Source of the DNA: the human T2T-CHM13v2.0 reference genome, Homo sapiens
Reading direction: 5' to 3' (one strand)
Assembly (NCBI RefSeq): GCF_009914755.1
Contig: NC_060931.1
DNA: 64,000 nucleotides
Shown here: positions 26,650-46,720 of the stretch, in pieces
How the letters are laid out: each line of letters begins with the position of its first letter
How positions within the stretch are numbered: the stretch's first letter is position 1
The notes under the pieces: generated by a model
Told to the model about the DNA's origin: nothing
What the model saw: only the letters and a program-made list of their open reading frames with translations
Databases searched by the model: none
Translations under genes and position numbers: made by a program

Positions 26650-27215
26650 GTATTGGTGGTGGAGATGGTTGGCATTAGTGGTGAGATTGGTGGTACTGGT
26701 GCACAGGTGGTAATGTTGATGGTGGTGGTGGTAGTAATGGAAAAAGTGGTGTGGTGGTGATGGTGGTTGTGGTGTTAGTTATGGTGATGGTGGTGGTGCA
26801 ATGGTGGCAGTGGAGATGGTTGTGGTGCTGGCAGCAATGGCAGTACCGGTAGTGGAAGTAGTGATGATTTGATGGTGATTGTTCCTAGTAAGATAGTGAT
26901 GGTGGTGGTCGTGCGGTTGTTCTGGTATTGCTGTTGGTGGGATGATGACAGTGGTGGTAGCAGACATAATGGTAGCAGTGGTGGTGATAGTGATAGTGAT
27001 GAAGCTGCAGGTGGTAGTATTGATGTTTGTGGTGATTTGATGGTGCTGGTGGTAGTCATGCTGATAGTCATGGTAGGGGTAATAGTGTTGGAGACTGTGG
27101 TTGTACTAATCATAAAGTAATGGTGGTAGTGCTAATGGTTGTGATGGTGGCAGTGATTCTTGAGATGTGGGTAGAGGTGGTAGTTGTGGCATTAGTGGTA
27201 GTGATAGTGGTATTA
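26650..27215. repeat. Degenerate (TGG/TGA/TAG)n low-complexity tract
   Basis: About 560 bp of G/T-rich trinucleotide periodicity. Confidence 0.85.
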
Positions 27216-27356
27216 TCAATTTACACTAAATAATAGAGCAGATGGGTTTTCAATCCTGCTGTGAGTCATCTCCCATTTTTCTATACTTTGGCAAATTGTT
27301 GTCTCTGAGCCTCAGTTTTCTCATCTAAAAAAATACTGCTAAAAATTCTGAGGTGG

Positions 27357-27641
27357 GGCCTGGTGTGGTGGCTCACGCCTGTAATCCCAGCACTTTGTGT
27401 GGCCAAGGCAAGTGGATGACCTGAGGTTAGGAGTTCGAGACAAGCCTAGCCAACATGGCGAAACTCTTTCTCTACTAAAAATACAAAAAGTAACTGGGCG
27501 TGGTGGCGCATACCTGTAATCCCAGCTACTCAGGAGGCTGAAGCAGGAGGATCGCTTGAGCCCACGAAGGCGAAGTTGTAGTGAGCTGAGATTGTGTCAT
27601 GGCACTCCAGCCTGGGCAACAGAGTGGGACTCTGTCTCCAA
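27357..27641 (+). mobile_element. Alu (AluS/J-type), full dimer
   Basis: ggcctggtgtggtggctcacgcctgtaatcccagcac...actctgtctc. Confidence 0.9.
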
Positions 27642-27663
27642 GGGGAGGAAAATTATCAGTTGT

Positions 27664-28315
<652 letters not shown>

Positions 28316-28586
28316 TATCATTTTTTTTTTTTTTTTTTTGCATCACAAGTAAGATTTTATTTATTATTATTATTATTATTACTTTTTATTAAAGTTTTAG
28401 GGTACATGTGCACATTGTGCAGGTTAGTTACATATGTATACATGTGCCATGCTGATGCGCTGCACCCACCAACTCGTCATCTAGCATTAGGTATATCTCC
28501 CAATGCTATCCCTCCCCGCTCCCCCCACCCCACAACAGTCCCCAGAGTGTGATATTCCCCTTCCTGTGTCCATGTGATTTCATTGT

Positions 28587-34089
<5,503 letters not shown>

Positions 34090-34182
34090 TATGATGTTGG
34101 CTGGTTATTTTGCTCGTTAGTTGATGCAGTTTCTTCCTAGTCTGGATGGTCTTTACATTTTGGCATGATTTTGCAGGGGCTG

Positions 34183-35169
34183 CTACCGGTTGTTCCTTTC
34201 CATGTTTAGCACTTCCTTCAGGAGCTCTTTTAGGGCAGGCCTGGTGGTGTCAAAATCTCTCAGCATTTGCTTATCTGTAAAGTATTTTATTTCTCCTTCG
34301 CTTATGAAGCTTAATTTGGCTGGATATGAAATTCTGGGTTGAAAATTCTTTTCTTTAAGAATGTTGAATATTGGCCCCCACTCTCTTCTGGCTTGTAGGG
34401 TTTCTGCCGAGAGATCCGTTGTTAGTCTGATGGGCTTCTCTTTGAGGGTAAGCCGACCTTTCTCTCTGGCTGCCCTTAACATTTTTTCCTTCATTTCAAC
34501 TTTGGTGAATCTGACAATTATGTGTCTTGGTGTTGCTCTTCTCGAGGAGTATCTTTGTGGCGTTCTCTGTATTTCCTGAATCTGAACGTTGGCCAGCCTT
34601 GCTAGATTGGGGAAGTTCTCCTGGATAATATCCTGCAGAGTGTTTTCCAACTTGGTTCCATTCTCCCCATCGCTTTCAGGTACCCCAATCAGACGTAGAT
34701 TTGGTCTTTTCACATAGTCCCATATTTCTTGGAGGCTTTGCTCATTTCTTTTTATTCTTTTTTCTCTAAACTTCCCTTCTCCCTTCATTTCATTCATTTC
34801 ATCTTCCATCGGTGATACCCTTTCTTCCAGTTGATCGCATCGGCTCCTGAGGCTTCTGCATTCTTCACGTAGTTCTCGAGCCTTGGTTTTCAGCTCCATC
34901 AGCTCCTTTAAGCACTTCTCTGTATTGGTTATTCTAGTTATACATTCTTCTAAATTTTTTTCAAAGTTTTCAACTTCTTTGACTTTTGTTTGAATGTCCT
35001 CCCGTAGCTCAGAGTAATTTGATCGTCTGAAGCCTTCTTCTCTCAGCTCGTCAAAGTCATGCTCCATCCAGCTTTGTTCCGTTGCTGGTGAGGAACTGCG
35101 TTCCTTTGGAGGAGGAGAGGCGCTCTGCTTTTTAGAGTTTCCAGTTTTTCTGTTCTGTTTTTTCCCCAT
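34183..35169 (-). CDS. L1 ORF1p RNA-binding protein, 328 aa (last 10 aa lost to a nonsense mutation)
   Basis: MGKKQNRKTGNSKKQSASPPPKERSSSP... with ARR/REKG/YPAKLS motifs. TAC>TAG at 34183-34185; the native TAA lies at 34153-34155. Confidence 0.9.
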   Translation of the reverse strand: MGKKQNRKTGNSKKQSASPPPKERSSSPATEQSWMEHDFDELREEGFRRSNYSELREDIQTKVKEVENFEKNLEECITRITNTEKCLKELMELKTKARELREECRSLRSRCDQLEERVSPMEDEMNEMKGEGKFREKRIKRNEQSLQEIWDYVKRPNLRLIGVPESDGENGTKLENTLQDIIQENFPNLARLANVQIQEIQRTPQRYSSRRATPRHIIVRFTKVEMKEKMLRAAREKGRLTLKEKPIRLTTDLSAETLQARREWGPIFNILKEKNFQPRISYPAKLSFISEGEIKYFTDKQMLRDFDTTRPALKELLKEVLNMERNNR

Positions 35170-36071
35170 CTTTGTGGTTTTATCTACTTTTGGTCTTTGA
35201 TGATGGTGATGTAGAGATGGGTTTTTGGTGTGGATGTCCTTTCTGTTTGTTAGTTTTCCTTCTAACAGACAGGACCCTCAGCTGCAGGTCTGTTGGAATA
35301 CCCTGCCGTGTGAGGTGTCAGTGTGCCCCTGCTGGGGAGTGCCTCCCAGTTAGGCTGCTTGGGGATCAGGGGTCTGGGACCCACTTGAGGAGGCAGTCTG
35401 CCTGTTCTCAGATGTCCAGCTGCCTGCTGGGAGAAACACTGCTCTCTTCAAAGCTGTCAGACAGGGACATTTAAGTCTGCAGAGGTTACTGCCGTCTTTT
35501 TGTTTGTCTGTGCCCTGCCCCCAGAGGTGGAGCCTACAGAGGCAGGCAGGCCTCCTTGAGCTGTGGTGGGCTCCACCCAGTTGGAGCTTCCCGGCTGCTT
35601 TGTTTACCTAAGCAAGCCTGGGCAATGGCGGGCGCCCCTCCCCCAGCCTTGCTGCCGCCTTGCAGTTTGATCTCAGACTGCTGTGCTAGCAATCAGCCAG
35701 ACTCCGTGGGCGTAGGACCCTCCGAGCCAGGTGTGGGATATAATCTCGTGGTGCGCCGTTTTTCAAGCCTGTCGGAAAAGCGCAGTATGCGGGTGGGAGT
35801 GACCCGATTTTCCAGGTGCCGTCCGTCACCCCTTTCTTTGACTCAGAAAGGGAACTCCCTGACCCCTTGCGCTTCCCGAGTGAGGCAATGCCTCACCCTG
35901 CTTCGGCTCGCGCACGGTGCGCGCACCCACTGACCTGCGCCCACTGTCTGGCACTCCCTAGTGAGATGAACCCGGTACCTCAGATGGAAATGCAGAAATC
36001 ACCGTCTTCTGCGTCGCTCGCGCTGGGAGCTGTAGACCGGAGCTGTTCCTATTCGGCCATCTTGGCTCCTC
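35170..36071 (-). promoter_or_regulatory. L1 5'UTR: sense promoter, antisense promoter, intact YY1 site
   Basis: CpG-rich 5'UTR; YY1 motif cggccatcttg at 36054-36064; short form joining gggtattccaacagacctgcag. Confidence 0.85.
35625..35933 (+). CDS. L1 ORF0 (antisense 5'UTR ORF), 102-aa extended form
   Basis: ATG at 35625: MAGAPPPALLPPCSLISDCCASNQPDSVGVGPSEPG..., open to 35933. Internal donors CAG|GTGTGG (35730) and CAG|GTGCCG (35815). Confidence 0.7.
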   Translation: MAGAPPPALLPPCSLISDCCASNQPDSVGVGPSEPGVGYNLVVRRFSSLSEKRSMRVGVTRFSRCRPSPLSLTQKGNSLTPCASRVRQCLTLLRLAHGARTH

Positions 36072-36659
36072 CACAAGTAAGATTTTAAAAATCATTTAAA
36101 AAGTATTATTTCTGTTTTTGTTACCTTGTCATTAAATAAGGTTTCTATCTTCCTTGACCTCTCAAGATCAGTGATTTAGCTACATGTAAATGCCTTCTTG
36201 CATTGGATTCTTCCCATAAACCAGACTGCTCATTTCTCTCGTGGATTGGGCCTTCTATGACTCATCATTCTTAACTTGTAAGTGTCCAACAAGTGTGGAT
36301 TTGGATGTTTTTCTTTTGATTTAGTTTATGCTTTCTTTTTTTCTGGACACATTCTCATTTGCTCAGAATGAGAAGTCATAGATTTCATATTGACCTTTGA
36401 TGGTAAAATGAATAAAGGCAGTTCAATCACTATCCTATTTTAAGATTTCTTTATGTAATTTCAGCCTTTTAGAAATTGATACTTCTAGAATTTAATAATG
36501 TATTTTTTTTCTATCCAGAAATTTCAGCAATCCCATAAACTGGGAGGTCAGAGACAGTGTCTTTGTAAATGAATGTGGGTGACTTTCCCTACATTTTTAT
36601 ATTGCCTGTGATCCTCCCACAGTTCCATCTTCCTCCTGCTCACCAAGTGAGTGCTCAAG

Positions 36660-37890
36660 AAATTCAAAAAAGCCATGTAAAATCCCCTCCTTGAAAACTT
36701 TCAGTGACTCCATAGAAAATCCAGACTTGCTGGCTAGACATTCAAGACCTTCCCAAGATGTATTCTGACAATCCCTGTAGCTAGTTTCTGCCCAGTTTTC
36801 TCTTTATCCTAACTTATGTTTTGGCCAAACTAGGCTTTTCCCCCATAAGTAGAAATAACTTTAATTTATGAGGTACCTACCATGTGCTAGATGCTGTGTT
36901 TAGCATTTTCATGCAGTGTCTTATTTGGTTTTCAACCTAGCAAGGATCATGTTGTTATCCTTACTTTATAGACAATTAAAGCTTAGAGTACTTAAGTAAT
37001 TTTATTACAGTCACAAAATAAATAAGGATTCCAACTCCAGTATTTAGAGTTTACTCTTTCCAGGATCATGTGCTGTCTCTTTAGAGCTCTCTTGCTCACC
37101 TACTTCTGTGCCTTTGCTCATGGTGAGCTTCCATTCTGGAAAGCACTCCTTCCTCTATTTGTTCTGTAAAATACTTAACATCTTTTAAGGGTCCAATCAA
37201 ATAGTACTGACTGCTTGGGTTTGAATTCTAGTTGTGATATTTTGGAGAACTTTATCTCTGTGTGCTTCAATTTCTTGGCTAAAAGTTAGAAATGATAATA
37301 ATTGTATTTGTATGATAGAGTTGATATGAGGAATAAATATACACAGATTCTTATAATAGATGCTATACACATGTAAACACGTGTGCACACACACATATAT
37401 ACATTCAATCTTTATCTATAGCTGTACCTGTGAAGAAGTTAGAACAGTTCATGTACCAAGTATTATGTCAGTGTTTGTTATAAAAGCAGAAGTTATCTTA
37501 GATATCTGAGAAAATCCTCTTAATTGGAAAAATGATAAATCTGAAACTCAGAGAAGGTTTGTAAACCTGTCCTAGGTCACATAGTTGGTGGGACAGCCAA
37601 CTCTGGAATTCAGAATTTTCACTTCCTGTAACAGAATGTTTCTTTACATTTTTACACTAGACTATTCTGCCTTGTAAAACCTTTCTATCTTGCCTCTGAA
37701 CATTCTTGTTCTTTGTTTCTCTCTTACGAGGAACATTGCATTATAACTATTTGAATATGTGTCTTATCACTCAAACTCAATTGTGAGGTCCTTACATACA
37801 GGGTGGCTTTCTCATTTATCTTTGTTTTCTACACAATATTGATGCCCACAAATGTGCACTCACATAGAATTTCATGAATTGATTGAACAT
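36660..37890. mobile_element. Mosaic of L2 and MIR fragments
   Basis: L2 (cccctccttgaaaactttcagtgactcc, cattcaagaccttcc) and MIR motifs (gtacctaccatgtgctagatgctgtg; gggtttgaattctag; gaaactcagagaagg). Confidence 0.5.
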
Positions 37891-39154
37891 CTGCTATTAC
37901 AATAATATGAACTGATTATTCATCTGCTAGAAATTGAAATTGAGGTGCTTTCACACCAATTTTCAGTCTTCTCGGCAGCTCTAAGGGATGGGTACAATTT
38001 TACAGAGGAGGCAAATGAGGTTTAAAGGTTCAGAGAGGAAATGACTGGAAGGTTAATTACACAGGTGTTTCAAAACCAACCAAAGCAAAATGGATCATTG
38101 GGTCATTTGCTCTTTGGGATAGCTATACCTTTGTTGGCTTCTGTGAGCACAGATAAATAAGAACTTTTGGTCTATTATTTGCTCTTAATTTCAACACCAT
38201 GTCGATTTTCCTAATATTTTTTATTCTCATATGTGTTTTCTTTATTCAATCAAGTGTTTCAGGAACTTGAGTTATACATTTTTTTTCTGTTTTCAAAAGT
38301 AATAAGTGTTTGTTGTAGAATATTTAGAAAATAAAAAGAAAGAAAGAAATCACTCAAAACTTAGAGATAAGCAACATTAACATTCTGGCTGTTCCTGGTA
38401 ATTTTGTCATGTTGGAAATATTAATTGTATCTGCTTCTCTTTCTCTTATTTTAAATAATATTTAAATTGAGATTGTAATTTCTTTTACAACTTACCTTTT
38501 CTATTAATCATCTAGAATCTAATTAATAAAAGTGCTATACATAAAAACAGTGTGAAATGAATTACTTCAAACCCAAGATGTTATATCTAAGGGCATATAA
38601 GGTAAGAAGTTCAAAGAAATATAGAATACTTGGTTTCCATGCATTGGGTTAACTCTTTTCAGATATTTCCCAGTCTGAAATCTGTTTACTTCTAGCTGCA
38701 ACTATAGCAGCACAAATAACAACTGAAACTGCTATTGTGGTGGCACCTGTGTAGAGACAACATTTGGCAGTATAGCTAAAGAGAATCCATTCTCCAGGGT
38801 AATAGGCATCAGCATTTAGAACAAAGCACATTGAACTTTTCAACTAGAATTAGGGGAATGCACGGGATAAAGTCTCTGTATAGTATTTTAGGTTTATACT
38901 TTGAACAGTTGTAGACAGAAGATTGATACTTCTTTACATTTTGTATAACCTTCCTAATGAAAGTAAATAATAGTTAATTCCCCAGAAGGTCCCATGATGA
39001 ACACAAGTGAGCAATGCAGAACGTGGATGAGGAGGGAGGAGATTCTACTAGACCAGAATATTAATGTTGGGTGGACCTGAGTGTTTGCCTATTGCCTACT
39101 GAGGCCTAAGAGTTATGTCAGTATGAATTAGGTATGACTGACAGTAACAGAGGA

Positions 39155-39400
39155 ACTAAAAAGCCCCTCGTAGTTTAATAATATGGAAGTTTATTTCTCT
39201 TTTCAAAAAGTTGATGGAGGTAGATATTTGAGAGATAATATGGCTAATAGGGTCTATCTCTACTGAGTCCCTGAAGACCTGTACTCCTTCCAGCTCACTG
39301 CTCCTCCATTTTTTGGGTGAGGCCCGTATCCTCATGAAAAAAGATAGAGTTCCAGTGACTGAAACCACATTTCCAGCAGCAGGAAAGCAATTTCTCATTG
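39155..39400 (-). mobile_element. MLT1J/K-type MaLR LTR fragment
   Basis: gaagtttatttctct...ctccttccagctcactgctcctccat...cacatttccagcagcagga. Confidence 0.45.
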
Positions 39401-39495
39401 CTTTCGTAGTGTGAAAGCAGCATTGAGTAGTTGCAACAAAGACCTCAAATATTCGCTATCTCATCTTTTACAGAAAAAGTTTGCCAACTCATGCT
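39400..39495. mobile_element. MER58A fragment
   Basis: ttgagtagttgcaacaaagacc...tttacagaaaaagtttgccaac. Confidence 0.65.
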
Positions 39496-39644
39496 CTGGA
39501 ATTGAGAATATGGTTTCACAAATTTTGAATTAATCCATTTTTTTGTAACTGTCAGGTTTCTAGTTTGAAAAAAATGATTTCTATAAATTAGTATTACATT
39601 TGGATGCATCAAAAAATAAGATTTAATACTATTTTGTATATTAT

Positions 39645-39845
39645 TACTCGGATAAGAGGAAGAAAGGATGGGGAGTGAGACTTAAAATAATACAGATTTA
39701 TTTCTTAAAAAATTCCGAAGTAAATTGTGGCAAAATATTAGCACCTGTTAAATATTGGTGATGGGGCATGTGGAAGTCTGTTATTTCTGTATTTCTTCGG
39801 TATGTTTAAAACTTCTATAATTAAATAATTTAAAAAAGTTTAAAA
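39645..39845 (+). mobile_element. Ancient L1M 3' end
   Basis: tgtggcaaaatattagc...ggtgatggggcatgtggaagtctgtta...tatgtttaaaacttctataattaaa. Confidence 0.45.
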
Positions 39846-39982
39846 GAGAGATGATTATGGTTCCCTTAAAAACAAAAAAAGAACTGTAGTTAAGTTTCAA
39901 GGCCATTCCAGTTTGGATGTCCAGAGGAAGCTCCTTACAGAATGGTGTGTGGAGAAGGTTGACTCCCATTGGAGTGTGATAT

Positions 39983-40072
39983 ATATATATATATATATGT
40001 ATTTTATTATACTTTAAGTTCTAGGGTACGTGTGCACAACATGCAGATTTGCTACATATGTATACATGTGCC
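39983..40072 (-). mobile_element. Ultra-short L1PA 3' end (about 70 bp plus tail) with TSD
   Basis: ttattatactttaagttctagggtac...tatacatgtgcc, flanked by tggagtgtgatat at 39970-39982 and 40073-40085. Confidence 0.88.
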
Positions 40073-40924
40073 TGGAGTGTGATATTTTTTGTGATTGAAC
40101 CTCCAGAATCATATCAGCAGTTCCTGAGACTTCACATCTGTAAAATGTGTGCTACACATTTTACACCTCTGCTTGTGTACTACAAAAAGAGCACCTGCAT
40201 ACAAAACCAGAAAAGAAGGCAAATGTCTCCTAGAAAAGTAACAGACTGTGTTAGAATTAGTACATTTCTGAGATGGGAAGGTTTGAAGTACTAAGAGCTC
40301 TCTATTTTTTGTTGGCATAAAATCTAGATCATTTACTCATAGTAGGATAAAGTATTTAGGAAGACCAAAAGCCATTATATAGACTCGTTTAATATTTAAG
40401 TTTTTTTAAATGGGTACTTGTAACCTATAAGCATGTAGATATATAAGAAAAAATAACAACTCTCAATTATTTAAGATTTGCTCCTTAGAGACAATAGATT
40501 ATCTTACAATAGATTGAACCTTTCTATATTAAAGAAGTAATGTTGCCATGTATTTAAGTAAGAAGAGAAATTTCAAAACCGTTAGTGCTGTAAAATTGTA
40601 TCCAGTCAGCCTTGAGCAACATACATAATCATAAGAAAGCTGCTCATCTGCCAAAAATTGGACAGCTTTACCAAATGCAAGTTTAATTAACTGGAAAAAA
40701 ATTAAATTTTAATAAATAATTAGGGTGATTATTAAGCATTATGGTGCACTTAAAATGTGTTGTGTAAACACTAGTGCGAATATCTTCCAAGTTTGATTTC
40801 CTACTCATTTTAAGTCATTATCTTTTGAGAATAAAACTAAAGCAATGGATAATTTTTTAAGGAAAAGGAAAAAATGTATAAAACAAGAAACAACCTTTAT
40901 TTGGATAACATGACAGTACATTTT

Positions 40925-42060
<1,136 letters not shown>

Positions 42061-42919
42061 CTTTCTGATTGGTGTGATACCTTAAACGTATTTTCCTTTT
42101 TGAAGCAAGAAAATTGCTATTTGAAGTTTTTCTTTTCATTCCCTGACAGAAATTTGGCTTGATTATTGACATTTTATCTCTCATTAATTATTATTTTTCT
42201 AAAAATTTTCCAATTAACAAGAAGATTTTTAAAGGATGCATTGTGCCCTACTTAGTACTGTTTCATGGCCCTTCCTTTCTTTCCTTACTTCTGGAAACCC
42301 CCAATCCTGTGATTAATTTCCCAATGGCTTTTATTGGCCTATAGTTACCCAGGTAGTTAAGGAAGCCAAATTATAGCAAACTTTTGGGAAGACCTTCTAG
42401 CATGACCCTTCCACAATCTGTTATTTCTTTTATTACTAATTTTATGTGTAACAGAGTATCATAAGAATCATGTTACTTTTAAATAGCACATTTTCTTTAA
42501 CAATATAACAGTAGAAAAGTATATATATTTCAGTGAAATGGGAGATTAAAATCAATTCCTGCATTTCTGTTGCATTTTAACATTTTCCTTTTTATTATAG
42601 GACATTAATTATGTATGGAAATGGTTCAACAACTTTGTTGTCTTAGTTGCCTACTTTCTGTGAAATACTAGAAATGTGGGAAAAATTCGACAATTTTTAC
42701 CTGTTACCATCTAACTCTGACTAATTCCTCCTAAATCAGTGTTCAAATAATTATCATATTTGATACTTATGGACCTAACTTAGCTAAAACTTCATGTATA
42801 AATTTTTAATTATTTGAATTATTTATTTGATAAATAGATACATTTACATCTATTTTAATTTAAGAATATCTAGCATTTAACAACATCCTAAGGCAATGAT
42901 CATTCAATCCAAATAGTCC

Positions 42920-43392
42920 TGTATTGGTTAGGATCAGATTTGACTAAATAAAATGGGAAAACCCAAAGTAAAAAGTTAACACACAAGGAAAGTCTTCACT
43001 CACTCCTAGAGGTAGGATCAGATTTGACCAAATAAAATGGGAAAACCCAAGTAATGTGTTAACACACAAGGAAAGTCTTCACTCACTCCTAGGGAAGTCC
43101 AGAGGTAGGCAGTCTTTGGTGTTGATGGCTCCAGGGTTATCAGAGATGCCATCTCCCTTTATCTTGCTGCTCTACCATCTTTAGAGTTTTCAAAGGCAAC
43201 CTATCCTTTCTTAGAACTCTTACACAAATCTTCTGTTCACATCTCATTGACTGAAGCTGTGCCTTTACACAAGAAAATCTGCGAAATGTAGTCTTTTAGC
43301 TAGCATCCCTCACCCAAATAAAATTGAGTTTTGTTATGATGGTGAATGAAGAGAATGGATTTGGGGGAAGACAGTAAGTTATCCTATTACAG
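42920..43392 (-). mobile_element. MLT1K/L-type LTR containing an 84-bp tandem duplication
   Basis: tgtattggttaggatc...gaagtccagaggtaggcagtc...ttctgttcacatctcattg...gaaatgtagtctttta. Duplicated 42929-43009 / 43013-43092. Confidence 0.6.
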
Positions 43393-43724
43393 TCAGTACA
43401 ATGTCACAATGTTGTTTTAATATAAAATATTTTAAACTTACTAGGTTAATATCTAAGCCCAGTGATGGAAATTTATAACATTCTCTTTTCCAACTCATCC
43501 TTTTAGATTTAAATTTATAAAATAATATAGATTCTGGTTTCCCAATGGCAGAAACTCAGTGTAGTATAATCTATAAGGCCATTTAATTCAGAAAATAGGG
43601 CATTTATTAAATGTCACGTGGTGAGAAATCTCTCTTTTGATGTCAGACGTTGAGAAAATTAATTCCTCTTTCAAATCTCACTATTAACTTATGAAACCAT
43701 CTGCTAAGCCTGACTGCCTGTATT

Positions 43725-43895
43725 GATTTTTTCTTTTTAAAATTTTTAATTTTTAAAATAGATTTAGGGGGTAAAAGTGCAATTTTATTACATGATACAT
43801 TGTGTAGTGATGAAGTCTGGGCTTTATTGTACCCATTGCCTGAATAGTGGACATTGTACCCAATAGGTAATTCTTCACTTTTCACCCTCCTCCCA
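43725..43895 (-). mobile_element. Old L1PA16/L1PB 3' end
   Basis: tagatttagggggtaaaagtgca...gtgatgaagtctgggcttt...acattgtacccaataggtaatt. Confidence 0.75.
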
Positions 43896-45152
43896 ACCTA
43901 ATTAATTTTTCCTGATTACATACTCCACCTTCTTTCACACAGACCCATCCCTGATCCCTGTGCTTTTAATAACTAGTACTTGACCCACCTCTGCTGACTT
44001 ACATGACAACTGCGGCCTTTATCCTCTGGATTTTCATTATCTATTTCCTAATCTCCTGCTATTGTCAATTTCTTATCTCTTCAGTTCCAAAGTTCTCAGT
44101 CTTCACTCTACAGAGGTTTGTATTCACCTGAATGTGTTTTAGAATTTGTGATCTCATTTCCAACATCTCAAACTCTGGAGAAGTATGAAATTTAGTATCA
44201 GGCAGATCTAGGTCCAAATCTCAGCTTTATCATTTACTCCTGTGACTACAGATAAGTAGATTAATTTCTTTCAGCCTAGTTTTCCTCATCTGGAAAATTA
44301 TAAAGAACATGTCTACTTCATTGGGTTGCTGAGAAAATTAACCAGGATACCACATGAAAATTTAGTTGTCCAATATTACCCTATCCCAACTATCACTATA
44401 ATTGTCTTCAGAGCAGGTACAATGTCTATGTAATGACTCTCTGGGAGATTTTCTGGAAACAGAGTGGAGTCTTCACAAATGATGTATGAAGGAACTTGCT
44501 ATTGTTACATCTCATTGCAATGTGCATGCTTGTACCTAGGGGCATATCTAAGTTAGTAGATCAAGACATGACACTGGTATCAAGATATCATGGTTCCAAT
44601 CTTAGAATCCACTTCTGCCAGTAGACCTTAGAGAGTGCAAATCAGTCTGTTCTACAATGTTTCCTTAATTTAGAGCTTTGGAAAGCAGAGGTTAGGCTCT
44701 CAAGTTTTTTCCCGAAAGGTGTTAGGTTTCTTAGGCTTTTTGTCCATTCTTCCCATGATGAGCTTTACATACAATGGATGTCAGAAAAGACAGCCTGGAT
44801 TGATTCACAAAAGGTTATTTTACAGTATTGTCACAAGAACTTGCCCTGAAAAATTAAGCCTAATTGTTATCTTAATTTTCGTAACAAAAGTTTATTCTAG
44901 TGGCTTTTTTTTTTCTGAACCAAGAACTTATCAGGACCTTATCAATGCTGCCTCTATTATTAGACATGCTTTTATACCTCAATTGACAAACAGATATATT
45001 GAAATATATTTTTATAACATATTGATAGTACATTGAAATTGGAAGTTTTCCAAAATCTAAGGATTGTAAGTTACATAGAATTGTTGAGTTTCTAGTTTAA
45101 TCATAAATAAAGTACTTACCAATGTTTTCACAAACTATTTAAGCTCCAGCTA

Positions 45153-45525
<373 letters not shown>

Positions 45526-46514
45526 CTAATGCTAAGTGATGATGGGTTTCTGACAATGTATACAGAATGCTAAAATGATGCCCAAACCCTGTGTCTTGTA
45601 GATTCAGATTCATCTGGTCCTGTTTTGAAGGTTGACTAGCGGAGCTGCCAGGAGCCATTTTTATGAGGAGCCATTGGAACCCGACGGAGAGAAAACAAGG
45701 GCAGGTCTTGGGGCTGACAGCTAGTCCTGCTCAACTAACCCTGGTTAGCAAAAGGCCCGGGGGTAGAAATGTCTTCATGACATTTTATTTATGTCATGAG
45801 GAGAGCACACTTTCATTTAGTCATGGTAAACTGATACTCAGATTGTCCAGCTCAGCTCCCTTAGGCTCAATGCCAGAGTTCTAAAGTGAGGGGCAGATAA
45901 TACAGAGTCAAACAGCAGGTGTCGCTAATATTCCTGTACAAAGCTGAGGGCTCAGAGCAGTGCTCTCTGTGGATATAGCATCAGGAGAGTTGAAGTGGAT
46001 AGGAAAGCCATCTGTTCAATGATGCAGGTAACAGAAGAACATTTTACAATGGCTTCACTGGGCAACAGTGAGGGAGCAGCACATAGATTTTTCTTTAGGA
46101 TGCTGGGCACTGTTTGGTACAGTGACCTGGGACTGATTAGGCTGTGTTTAGAGTATGGAAGAAGGTGGCAATTTTGAGCTATACAAAGAATATCTTCTAG
46201 ATATCCAGATATGAGTTGGAGAGATAGAATTGGAAATTCCTGTGATATTCAAATGAGAGAGAGAGAGAGAGAGAGACAGAAGTAATAAAGGAAGAGAAAG
46301 AAAGGGGATATGAAGAAAGATAGAAACTATAATATTACTAGGCTGACAGTGATAGCCAGGAAAAGACATAATAGGTAAACATTTTTCATTTTTCGCCTTT
46401 GCAATAATCAGGGTTCACATGTTTATATGAGTGAGAGCTCATAATCCTGTATCAGAATATGATGGTATTTAATAATACTTCACTATTTTCAGGGTCCTTT
46501 CCTGTTAGGGATAC

Positions 46515-46720
46515 TACAGTGAGGTGGTTATAAAAGGACATTGTGAGGCCAGCCTACCTGTGTTTGCCTCCTGACTCTTTGTATGATCATGAACAACACA
46601 TTTAAATTCCTTAAGCCTCAGTTTCCCTATCTGTAAAATAGAGATGATAATAGCACTGCCCTGACAGGTGTTTTTAAGAAAAATTAAGATAATCATATGA
46701 TAAATTTGGTGTATACCAGA
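46515..46720 (+). mobile_element. MIR SINE
   Basis: ccttaagcctcagtttccctatctgtaaaatagagatgataatagcac. Confidence 0.75.

Noticed and set aside
26531-27120. Thr/Pro/His-rich and Val-rich ORFs resembling mucin or transmembrane proteins
   Set aside because: Artefacts of the (TGG)n low-complexity tract.
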